Source: Akkermansia sp. (GTDB lineage: Bacteria; Verrucomicrobiota; Verrucomicrobiia; Verrucomicrobiales; Akkermansiaceae). From it: a DNA stretch of 64,000 nucleotides. Both the position numbers and the translations under genes were made by a program. The notes beneath the pieces were generated by a model, which had not been told where the DNA came from, did not search any database, and was given only the letters and a program-made list of their open reading frames with translations. Shown here one piece after another: positions 36,708 to 45,900 of this stretch. The stretch covers positions 24,306-88,305 of the forward strand of contig JAYTLR010000096.1 of assembly GCA_043729195.1 (NCBI GenBank), read 5' to 3'. Positions within the stretch are counted from its first letter, which is position 1. Each line of letters opens with the position of its first letter.

Positions 36708-38888
36708 ATGGAATTGGATCGCGAGCGCCATGCTTTCGTCGATGCGGTGATGAAACCGCTCGGTGATGACGAGGCGCGGCGTGAGCTGTTAGAGAAAGCG
36801 GTGGCTGTGGCGGAAACACTTCCCGCCCCGGTGGACGGCAACCGCATCCGCAGCGCGACGGATCGGATGGAGTCCACCGCCCGCCGCTTCCCGCTCCGCC
36901 ACCGGATCGGCCTCGCCACGGTGACGGCGACCGCGCTGGTGGTTCCCTGGCTGACCGTCGCCGGACCGGCCGCGCGCGAATCGCTGGCGGCGATCTGGAC
37001 CGGGAATCTCACCACCAATTTGATTTCAACCGTCTGCTGCAGCCGTCCTGAGGTTCCGACCTTGCCCGGAATCCCGGAAGCGGAACGGGAGCACCGTTTC
37101 ATCCGCCACATCGAGAAGCAGGTGTCTCCCTCCGACCTCGCGCTGCTGGCTGGCGACTTTCTTCAAGAGAGCCCGTCAGCGCGGTGGAAGCCGGTGTGGG
37201 ACTCGCATCCACAGGATCCATGGCACTACTACGCCTATGCTCTCGCCCATCAAAGCGAGCACAAGTGCTGGCCCGACCGCTTCGTCGAAACCGGCGAGGA
37301 ACTCGATCCGGGCAACGGTTGGTTCCGCCTGATGAGGGGCGCGTCGCGGATGCAGGCCGCCATCGGCTTTGCTCCGCCACCGAGGATCACCCGGGCGGAG
37401 AAGCTTGCCGCCCGGGCGAAAGGCCTGCCTCCTCCGAAATTGCCGTTTTTCGAGAAGCCGCCGCGCGTGGTGATCGATGCCAGCGCTTTCCAGGATGGCT
37501 GGGACGACCTCGCCGCCGCCCTCGCGATGCCAAGGCTGGAGGACTACCGGAGTCGCCTGGAGGCCATCCGGTTGGAAGCCTGCGCCGCACCGGTCAACTA
37601 CGCGGACCTGTGCAGCTACCCGGTTCTTTCTATAGGCCAACCCGAGTTCCACAAATCGGATTGGATGGATTTGAACCGCTACGCCGAGGCCTTCGGATTC
37701 GCGGCGGATCAAGCCTCAAAGGCAGCGGACAAGGAGCGCCTGTTAGAGTGGGGCGGGCTCCACTCGCGGACGGTGCGGGCCATGGGCCGGCACTCTTCGG
37801 GCGTTCTGCCCAGCATGATCACCCGTCGCTTGGCCCGAGACGGTGCGCTGGGACTTTCGGAAGCATGGTCGGATCTCGGGAATGCCACGGAAGCCAAGCG
37901 CTTTCGGACCTTGGCGGATCATCTCAGCACGAAGCTTCACCCCGACCCCAAAGCTTCGCCGGACGCCCTCTCGGAGAACCGAGGCAGTAGTCTGGTGAAT
38001 TCGGCCACCAGCTTCCGGTCAAGTGGCAGCAGCCCCGCCAGCGCCCCCGTCACCGAGCCCGAACTCCGCGGCGGCCGGCTCGCGGAGTATGCGATGTACG
38101 AACGGCTGATGATGCACGGCGTCGCGGTCATGCTGACCCTGGCGCTGGCCTTCATGCTCGTCGTGCCATGGCGATCACGGAATGAACTCGGTCTCTTCCC
38201 ATCACGACTTGCCGGTCTGTTAGACCGCCGTGACCAAGGCTGGATCGCTCTCATCGGCGTGCTGCTGCCGGCCGGTCTCTATGTCTTTTCGACGCGGGTG
38301 CCTTGGATGGAACCCCGCGAGTTCAGCCTCTCCGGCAACCGCTTCTTCCTGTGGCTCGCGCAAGCCGTGGCGCTGGTGGTGGCCATCGTGCTCGGCACCT
38401 TGCAAGCCGCCCGCTGGCGGCTCGGACGCCGCGGCGCGGTGCTCGCGCTGGGCTGGGTCGGCGTGGACCCCGGGCGGCTGTTCTTTCCGGTGACCCTGGC
38501 GCTGATCCCGATCGCGTCGGTCCTTTCAAAACTGGCCGATTCCTGGAACCAGTCCGACCCCTTGGCAGCGGTTCTCGTTGCCAGCCTGCTCGCCTTTCCC
38601 CTGCTCTGGCTGGCCATTCTCGCAAGGGGCTGCTTCCACTCCGCCACCGAGCGCACGCTCCACCGAGCCACCCTGATGGTCGCCGCCCGGCCCTTCGTGG
38701 CCGCCGCGCTGGTCGTGATCGCCTTCGCGATCTCCGCGATTCACCGCGAGGAGAAGCACTGGACCGCCCAGGCGGACTTCGATGACCCGAAAAGCGGGCA
38801 CACCGCTTTCGTTCCCCGCTTCGAGGTCGAATACGGCCGCTGGATCGCGCAGGAGACCCTGCGGCGGCTGGACGAGATGGAGCGGTAG
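36708..38888 (+). CDS. Large polytopic membrane protein, paralog B (unknown family)
   Basis: ATG at 36708. Same architecture as paralog A (FVETGEELDPGNGWF; C-terminal multi-TM block with ARWRLGRRG / TRWRLAVRG). Confidence 0.75.
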   Translation: MELDRERHAFVDAVMKPLGDDEARRELLEKAVAVAETLPAPVDGNRIRSATDRMESTARRFPLRHRIGLATVTATALVVPWLTVAGPAARESLAAIWTGNLTTNLISTVCCSRPEVPTLPGIPEAEREHRFIRHIEKQVSPSDLALLAGDFLQESPSARWKPVWDSHPQDPWHYYAYALAHQSEHKCWPDRFVETGEELDPGNGWFRLMRGASRMQAAIGFAPPPRITRAEKLAARAKGLPPPKLPFFEKPPRVVIDASAFQDGWDDLAAALAMPRLEDYRSRLEAIRLEACAAPVNYADLCSYPVLSIGQPEFHKSDWMDLNRYAEAFGFAADQASKAADKERLLEWGGLHSRTVRAMGRHSSGVLPSMITRRLARDGALGLSEAWSDLGNATEAKRFRTLADHLSTKLHPDPKASPDALSENRGSSLVNSATSFRSSGSSPASAPVTEPELRGGRLAEYAMYERLMMHGVAVMLTLALAFMLVVPWRSRNELGLFPSRLAGLLDRRDQGWIALIGVLLPAGLYVFSTRVPWMEPREFSLSGNRFFLWLAQAVALVVAIVLGTLQAARWRLGRRGAVLALGWVGVDPGRLFFPVTLALIPIASVLSKLADSWNQSDPLAAVLVASLLAFPLLWLAILARGCFHSATERTLHRATLMVAARPFVAAALVVIAFAISAIHREEKHWTAQADFDDPKSGHTAFVPRFEVEYGRWIAQETLRRLDEMER

Positions 38889-38945
38889 AACGGCTGCACG
38901 ATCCCCGATTTCACAAACGCTCAACTCGTGACGGCTGTTGGAAGA

Positions 38946-39071
38946 GGGTGAACAACGAAAAAGTCGAAACGAACGAAATTTGAGCCTTGCAGGCCGGAGT
39001 CCGCCGCGACCGCCGATCCCGCCGAATTTCGGCCTTCCCCTTTCGCTCGTTTCGACTTTTTCGTTGTTCCC
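38946..39071. repeat. Long AT-richer hairpin element
   Basis: GGGTGAACAACGAAAAAGTCGAAACGAACGAAATT (38946-38980) pairs with AATTTC...TTTCGCTCGTTTCGACTTTTTCGTTGTTCCC (to 39071). Confidence 0.6.
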
Positions 39072-39154
39072 ATTCTTCTTCATCCGGACCGCGAATCCAC
39101 ACTCCATGCTCGACCCCACGCGCTCCCTCAGTTCGATTCCGCGCTGAAGAACCC

Positions 39155-40309
39155 ATGCCCGCCACCGCCACCCGCTTGTCCGCCTTCACCGAGTCCGTGA
39201 TCCGGGGCACCTCCCGCCTCGCCACCCGCCACGGCGCGATCAATCTCGCCCAAGGATTCCCCGACTTCGATCCACCGGAAGAGCTGCTCGCCGCGCTGGA
39301 ACGCGCGACCCGCGGGCCGCATCACCAGTATGCCGTGACCTGGGGCGCGCCGCGCTTCCGCGACGCGCTGGCCAGGAAAATCTCGCGCTTCACCGGACTG
39401 GAGGTCGATCCCGACCAGCACCTCGTCGTCACCTGCGGCAGCACCGAAGCGATGATGGTCGCCATGATGACTGCCTGCAATCCGGGCGACAAGGTGATCG
39501 TCTTCTCGCCCTTCTACGAAAACTACGCCGCCGACGCGATCCTCTCCGGCGCCGAACCGATCTACGTCGCGCTGCGGCCGCCGGACTTCGGCTTCGACCG
39601 GGAGGAACTGGCGAAGGCCTTCGAGCAGAAACCGAAGGCGATCGTCGTCTGCAATCCGTCCAATCCCACCGGCAAGGTCTTCACTCGCGACGAGCTGCTT
39701 TACATCCTGCAACTCGCTGAAGAGCACGATGCCTTCGTGATCATGGACGAGCCCTACGAGCACATCGTCTACGAGCCCCACCAGCACGTCTACGCTTGCG
39801 CCCTGCCGGGTGCGGCGTCGCGGGTCATCACCTGCAATTCGCTGTCGAAGACCTACTCGATTACCGGCTGGCGGCTCGGCTACGTCCATGCCGCGCCGGA
39901 GGTCATCGCGCAGGCCCGGAAGGTCCACGATTTCCTCACCGTCGGTGCCGCCGCGCCGCTGCAGGAAGCCGCGGTCGCCGGGCTGGAACTGCCGGACAGC
40001 TACTATGCCGGCCTTACTTCCCTCTACACGGCCAAGCGCGATGTCTTCCTCGGCTACCTGCGCGAACTCGGCCTGCCCTTCACCGAACCTCAGGGGGCCT
40101 ATTACGTGATGCTCGACATTTCCTCGCTCGGCTTCGCCACGGACACCGAAGCCTCCGAATGGCTGATCAAGGATATCGGCGTTGCGGGTGTGGCGGGTTC
40201 CTCCTTTTTCCGCGAGCCGGTGAACCACCTGATCCGCTTTCACTTCGCGAAGAGCGAAGGCATCCTGCGCGCGGCGGGGGAGAAGTTGTTAGATAAGCTC
40301 GGCCGCTAG
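39155..40309 (+). CDS. Class I/II PLP-dependent aminotransferase (YbdL / kynurenine-aminotransferase-like)
   Basis: ATG at 39155. INLAQGFPDF, NPSNPTGKVF, and SLSKTYSITGWRLGY (PLP Lys). Confidence 0.88.
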   Translation: MPATATRLSAFTESVIRGTSRLATRHGAINLAQGFPDFDPPEELLAALERATRGPHHQYAVTWGAPRFRDALARKISRFTGLEVDPDQHLVVTCGSTEAMMVAMMTACNPGDKVIVFSPFYENYAADAILSGAEPIYVALRPPDFGFDREELAKAFEQKPKAIVVCNPSNPTGKVFTRDELLYILQLAEEHDAFVIMDEPYEHIVYEPHQHVYACALPGAASRVITCNSLSKTYSITGWRLGYVHAAPEVIAQARKVHDFLTVGAAAPLQEAAVAGLELPDSYYAGLTSLYTAKRDVFLGYLRELGLPFTEPQGAYYVMLDISSLGFATDTEASEWLIKDIGVAGVAGSSFFREPVNHLIRFHFAKSEGILRAAGEKLLDKLGR

Positions 40310-40382
40310 CCGTCCTGCGTTTCGTGTTCCAGCTTGTCAGAACCGAAGCCGGATCGACCCCGCCCCCAAGTCCCACTCCAAT

Positions 40383-42920
40383 ATGAAACACGCCATCGCA
40401 CTGCTTCCCCTGCTCCTCGCCAGCGCGCTGGCCGAGCCCGTGCTCGATTCCCGCAGGCTGCTCGAAAAGCAGGACTTCCTGGTGAACCGCGACTTCGATT
40501 GGTATGAGAAGAACATCCCTTTCTTCGACAGCCCGGACGAGGAGATCAACAAGACCTACTACTACCGCTGGGAGCTGGTGACGCGGCACTTCGTGTATGG
40601 CAATCCGAACCACGGTTATGCCTTCACCGAGTTCTCCAACCGCCCTTTCTGGTCCGGGGCCTACGGCACCATCGCCTGCCCCGCTGGACACCAGATCAAC
40701 GAGGTCCGCTGGCTGCAGGATCCGAGATATGTCAGGGACTTCGTCCGCTTCTGGATGCGCCATCCCGGCGCCCAGCCGCGCAACTACTCGTTCTGGGCAG
40801 CCGATGCCGCCTGGGCCGCCCACCAGGTCAATCCCAACGATCCTTTCATCACCGACCTGCTCGCCGACCTTGTCCGCAACTACGAGGCGTGGGAGAAGAA
40901 ATGCTGGGTCGAGGAGATGGGTCTGTTCTGGCAGACCGGCCACGACGACGGCATGGAGTTCGACATCAACGCCCAGCAGACCAAGGACATCCTGCGCGGC
41001 GGCCAATCGCTGCGGCCGAGCTTCAACGCCTACATGTGGGCCGACGCCATGGCGATTTCCAACATCGCCAAGCTCAAGGGCGACGGAGCCACCGCCGAGG
41101 TCTTCGCAACCAAAGCCGCGGGCATTAAATCACAACTCGAGAAGCTGCTGTGGGACCCCGAGCGCGAGTTCTTCTTCCCGATGAGCAACCAGGAGCACGA
41201 GAAGGACGGCCACGTCGTGAAGAAGCACACGCTGACCTACCAGACCGGCAAGTTCGCCGGCAGCATGCACGGCCGCGAACTGCACGGCTACGTGCCATGG
41301 GCCTTCAACATGCCGAGCCCGGGCTTCGAGGACGCGTGGCAATTTCTGACCGACGAGTACTTCTTCAAGTCCCCCTTCGGACCGACCAGCATCGAGCGCC
41401 ACGATCCGCAGTTCGTATTGAAAGACGGCTGCTGCTGGTGGAGCGGACAGTCGTGGCCCTTCGCCACCACGCAGACCCTCAAGGCGATGGGGAACCTGCT
41501 GCAGAACTACAAGCAGGAACACGTCGACCGCGAGGACTACGCGGAGCTGCTCCACACCTTCGCCGTCAGCCAGCGCAAGGACGGCAAGCCGTACATCGCG
41601 GAGGCACTGAATCCCTTCACCGGCTCGTGGAAAGGCCATGACATGGAGAACCGCAGCGAGCACTACTTCCACTCCGGCTTCACCGACCTGATCATCACCG
41701 GCCTCGCCGGCCTCCAGACTTCCGAAGGCGACACGCTGGTCGTCAACCCGCTGGCACCCGCGGGCTGGGATTACTTCGCCCTCGACCGCGTCCACTACCA
41801 CGGCCACCAGATCGCCGTCGTGTGGGACAAGACCGGCGAGCGCTACAAGTCCGGCAAAGGCCTCCAGGTCCTGGTCAACGGCAAGCAAGTGGCAAGCTCG
41901 CCCGGACTCGGCAGGCTCGTCGTGAAGCTCCCGGCCGTGAAGGTCATCCCGGTCGATGACAACCCGCCGATGAACTACGCCGTGAACAACGACGGCGACT
42001 ACTACCCGCGCTACCTGGCCTCCCACGTCCATCCGCGCAGCTCGCTGGCGATGCTCAGCGACGGCCAGTACCGCTACGACATCCGCCCGACCAACCGCTG
42101 GACCAGCATCGACTCCCCCAACCCGTCGGACTGGGTGGAAGTGAACTTCGGCACGCTGCGGCTGATCGACACCGTGAAGTTGTACGTCCTCGACGACGGC
42201 GAGAAGAGCGAGTTCGGCAAGATCGCCGCGCCGGGCAAGATCGAGCTCGAACACTGGGACGGCTCCGCTTGGAGGCCCGTGCCCGGCATCAAGGCCTCCG
42301 CGGATGTGCCGGTCGGCCGCCGCACGCACGTCCTGAGCTTCCCGGTCCTCAAGGCCACCCGCCTGCGCGCCGTGCTGACCCACACCGAAGGTAGCCGCTC
42401 CGGCCTCACCGAGTTCGAAGCCTGGGGCCCCGGCGTGAAACCCTACGTGCCGGCCCCGCCACCGGCCGGCAACATCGCCTTCAACCGGACCGGCGAAGGC
42501 TTCCCGAAAGCCAGCGCGTCCCACTCCGACGTCTATGGCGGAGTCCCGCCCCGCGCGATCGACGGCAAGATCATCTTCGAGGCGACGCCGATGAACCGCT
42601 GGACCAGCTACGGCTCGCCAAACGCAACGGATTCCTACGAGCTCGATTTCGGCAAAGCGGTCAAGGTCGCCCGGGCCGTGCTCCACATCTATGACGACCG
42701 CGGCGGTGTCCAGCCACCGTCCGCTTACACCCTCGAAGGATGGAACGGCAGCGAGTGGAAAGAGCTGGCACAGCAGGTGAAATCACCCGCGACGCCGACC
42801 GGCAACATGGCAAACGTCGTTACCTTCACCCCGGCCGAAGTGAGTAAATTGCGCGTCGTCTTCACCCACCAAGGCAACGCCCGCAGCGGCATGACCGAGT
42901 TCGAGGTCTGGGAGAAATAA
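40383..42920 (+). CDS. Secreted (alpha/alpha)6-barrel glycoside hydrolase-like protein (GH63/MGH1/trehalase-like) with two C-terminal F5/8-type-C (discoidin) domains
   Basis: ATG at 40383. Signal MKHAIALLPLLLASALA. Barrel motifs RPSFNAYMWADAMA and WWSGQSWPFATTQTL. Two NRWTS...GLTEFEAWG / GMTEFEVWEK discoidin-like units. Confidence 0.75.
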   Translation: MKHAIALLPLLLASALAEPVLDSRRLLEKQDFLVNRDFDWYEKNIPFFDSPDEEINKTYYYRWELVTRHFVYGNPNHGYAFTEFSNRPFWSGAYGTIACPAGHQINEVRWLQDPRYVRDFVRFWMRHPGAQPRNYSFWAADAAWAAHQVNPNDPFITDLLADLVRNYEAWEKKCWVEEMGLFWQTGHDDGMEFDINAQQTKDILRGGQSLRPSFNAYMWADAMAISNIAKLKGDGATAEVFATKAAGIKSQLEKLLWDPEREFFFPMSNQEHEKDGHVVKKHTLTYQTGKFAGSMHGRELHGYVPWAFNMPSPGFEDAWQFLTDEYFFKSPFGPTSIERHDPQFVLKDGCCWWSGQSWPFATTQTLKAMGNLLQNYKQEHVDREDYAELLHTFAVSQRKDGKPYIAEALNPFTGSWKGHDMENRSEHYFHSGFTDLIITGLAGLQTSEGDTLVVNPLAPAGWDYFALDRVHYHGHQIAVVWDKTGERYKSGKGLQVLVNGKQVASSPGLGRLVVKLPAVKVIPVDDNPPMNYAVNNDGDYYPRYLASHVHPRSSLAMLSDGQYRYDIRPTNRWTSIDSPNPSDWVEVNFGTLRLIDTVKLYVLDDGEKSEFGKIAAPGKIELEHWDGSAWRPVPGIKASADVPVGRRTHVLSFPVLKATRLRAVLTHTEGSRSGLTEFEAWGPGVKPYVPAPPPAGNIAFNRTGEGFPKASASHSDVYGGVPPRAIDGKIIFEATPMNRWTSYGSPNATDSYELDFGKAVKVARAVLHIYDDRGGVQPPSAYTLEGWNGSEWKELAQQVKSPATPTGNMANVVTFTPAEVSKLRVVFTHQGNARSGMTEFEVWEK

Positions 42921-42960
42921 CGCGCGCTCCGATGACGGGATCGCCCGACCATTCCTTCAC

Positions 42961-45900
42961 CTAGGGAGCGCCGACGACCGCCCGGACGAATCCTTTTCCC
43001 GGAAGGCCATTGAATGCGGAGAACGTGTGATAATGCCAGCCCGCCCCTGTTAGATCGGGCAAGCCGCTGCCGGCCGGCGGGGTGTCGGAGAACCCGTGAT
43101 GGCTGATCGCGCTGTTCCAGGCTCCGGCCAGCCCGGCATTGCCTTCCAACCGATAGACCAGCCCGTCGACCGCCGCCGATACCTGCGCGTTGCTGGTTCC
43201 CGCCGCGAACACGGCACCGCGCCGCACCGCGATCGTGAGAGTCAGTTCCGCGCTGATGTCGCCATCAGCGCCGTCCGCGAGTCGCTGGAAATACAAGCCG
43301 TGGGTCGCCCCGCTACGGGGGTTGCCATTGAAAGCGAACTCCGTGAGATTGTCCGAGCCATCGCCATCGGGATCCGCGTTGTCAGCCGCAAGCCCGGCTC
43401 CGATCTCCGCGGCGGAGAAATGCTCCGCTCGCCAGACCGCGATGGCACTGCTGGCGAGGAAAGAGGCTTCGATGCTGTGATTGGCCAGCACGTTGGAGAA
43501 TTGGTAGCTGCCTGCCACGCCCACGGCCACGCCGTTGATCGTCAGGCCACCGACCGAGTAGCCGGGGTTCGGGACGATGCCGAACGGTTGGCTCGCGCCG
43601 GAAGCCACGGCCACCGTACCCGCCGGACTGATGCTGCCGCCGGGACCCGCGCTCGCTTGGATCGTGTAGCCTCCGCCACCGCCGCCGATCCCGAATTTGC
43701 TCTTCAAGTCGGCTTCCAAACGAAGCCGCAGACCATCGTCGAGAGCCGCCTTGTAAAGGAAGACATCGCCGATGTTCCCGTTGAAGGTCGTCCATCCATC
43801 GGGCTCGTTGCGGCCGACATTGATGTAGCGGTCGTAGCTTGTGGGGTTGCCCGTGGTGCTGCCGGGCAGCCACTCGGTCATGGCGGGCCCGTTGCCGGAC
43901 ATGATCGATACGCCGTTGGCATAGACCGTGAAAGACCCGCCGGGCTGAACCACCAGACTCAGCACGGTCACCTGGCCGTCCGGAATCGCCGTGGTCCCGG
44001 TGTAGTTGCTTTTCTTCAAGCGGAGCGTCGGCAGGCCGGTGGTGTTGCTGATGCCCAGCACCATCTCGCCATACATCACATCCACCACGGAAGTCCAACT
44101 GGTGCCGCTGGTATTGCGGGCAGGTTTGATCACGGCCACCGCGGTGCTGCCGTTCACCGGAATCGCCGCGGCATACTGACCGACCCGGAACCCGTCGCCG
44201 TGCGAATAGCCGTTCGACACCCAGCGCACGCCGCCGATGCTCTGCACCGTCGGGCTGGCGATCCGACTGAGGCTGATCCCTGTCGGCCACAGCGACGCCC
44301 ACGAGTTGATGGTCCCGCTGGCTGGCAGGTCCTTGGTGTCCACGCTGAAATGAAGCAAGTTCGCAGCCGGAATACTCCGGTTTCCCGCGACGAACACCAC
44401 GGAGATCTGGCGCGGCGCGATGACGGAGGTGAAGGTGTGACTGCCGACCGCGCCGAGGTCCACGCCATCCACGATCACGCTGGAGATGGCATGGCCCACC
44501 GCCGGGGTGATGGTGAAGGTCGAGTTATCCCCGTGATTCACCGCAACCGCTCCGGAGGGACTGATCGAACCGCCGGAAGCCGCGCTCGCGGTGATGGTTA
44601 GAACCCGTCGGGAGAACGTCGCCGACAGGGTGCGCGACGCTTGCACATCGGTGAAGGTATAACTCGTGATGGCACCCTGGGAGACGCCGTCCACCAGCAC
44701 ATCCGCCACCTGGAAGCCGGTGGCCGGGGTGATTGCGAAGGTCGTGGAAGAGCCGGCGTTCACCACCAACGCACCAGCCGGGCTGATCGAGCCGTTCGGT
44801 TCTGCGGTCGCGGTGAGAGTGTGCACCGGGACTGGCACGAAGCTGGCGGAGATCGTGTGGTTCGCGACCACATCGCTGAAAGTGTAGCTGGAGACCGGTC
44901 CCTGATTGACGCCGTTGACGGTTAGCGCGGCCAATGCGTAGCCGATCGCAGGCCGGGCGACGAAGGTCGCACTGCCCCCGTTGGCCACGCTCACCGTGCC
45001 GGTCGGGCTCAGGCTGCCGCCGGTGCCGGAGGAAGCGACGATGCTCCGGAGTGGCGCGATCCCGAACTTGCCCGCGAGCCCGGACTCGAGCGACTGTCGC
45101 TCGGCGTCGCTGAGAGCGACCCCATACAGGTAACTGTCCCCGAGGTGACCGTTGAAGGCGGACCAGCCGTCCGGGTTGTTACGACCGAAGTTGATATGAC
45201 TGGCGAAAGGACCAGCCACTCCCGGCACCAGCGAGGTCATCGTGCTGGTGGTGCTCGTGGTGTAGACCTGCGTCCCGTTGGCGAAGACCTTGAACTTCCC
45301 GTCCGACTGACACACCAAGCTGAGGACCGTCACCTGGCCGTTGGGAAGGATCGCCCCCGTGTTGAACCGCGTCCCGTTGCGGTAAACGATGACTTGTCCT
45401 GTGTTGTTCAGAATCCCGAGGACGAAGCGGTTGTAAAAGACATCGACGATGGAGTTCCAAGAGTCAGCAGTGCTGTTACGGATCGGTTTGACCACCGTGA
45501 CGATGCTCGCTCCGTTGCAGGGAATGGCCGTCGTGCCGTAGTCGCCGCAGTCGAAGCCATCGCTGTCCGCGCGCAGGGCGAGCGCCCACTTCGTGCTGCC
45601 CAAGGTGGCGACGGTTGGCGAGGACATCGCCGCATAGTTTCGCCCGGCCGGCAGGTAACTCGCCCAGGCACCGGTGGCACCGCTGGCCGGTAGGCTTTCC
45701 ACTCGTGCCGACTCGATCAGGCTACCCGGCTGCGGGACGGTGAAGGAGTTCGCAACAAACGTCACATCGACGCTATGGTCGCCACTCACGTTGCTGAAGG
45801 CATAACTCGTGACCGAGCCCTGCTCGACGCCGTCCACCCGCACGCTGCCGATGCTGTAGCCGCCGGAAGGCGTGATGGTGAAGGTCTGGCTGGACCCATT

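Noticed and set aside
38987-39154. Upstream extension of the aminotransferase ORF
   Set aside because: It translates the hairpin repeat (RRDRRSRRISAFPFRSFRLFRCS). The conserved aminotransferase N-terminus starts at the ATG at 39155.
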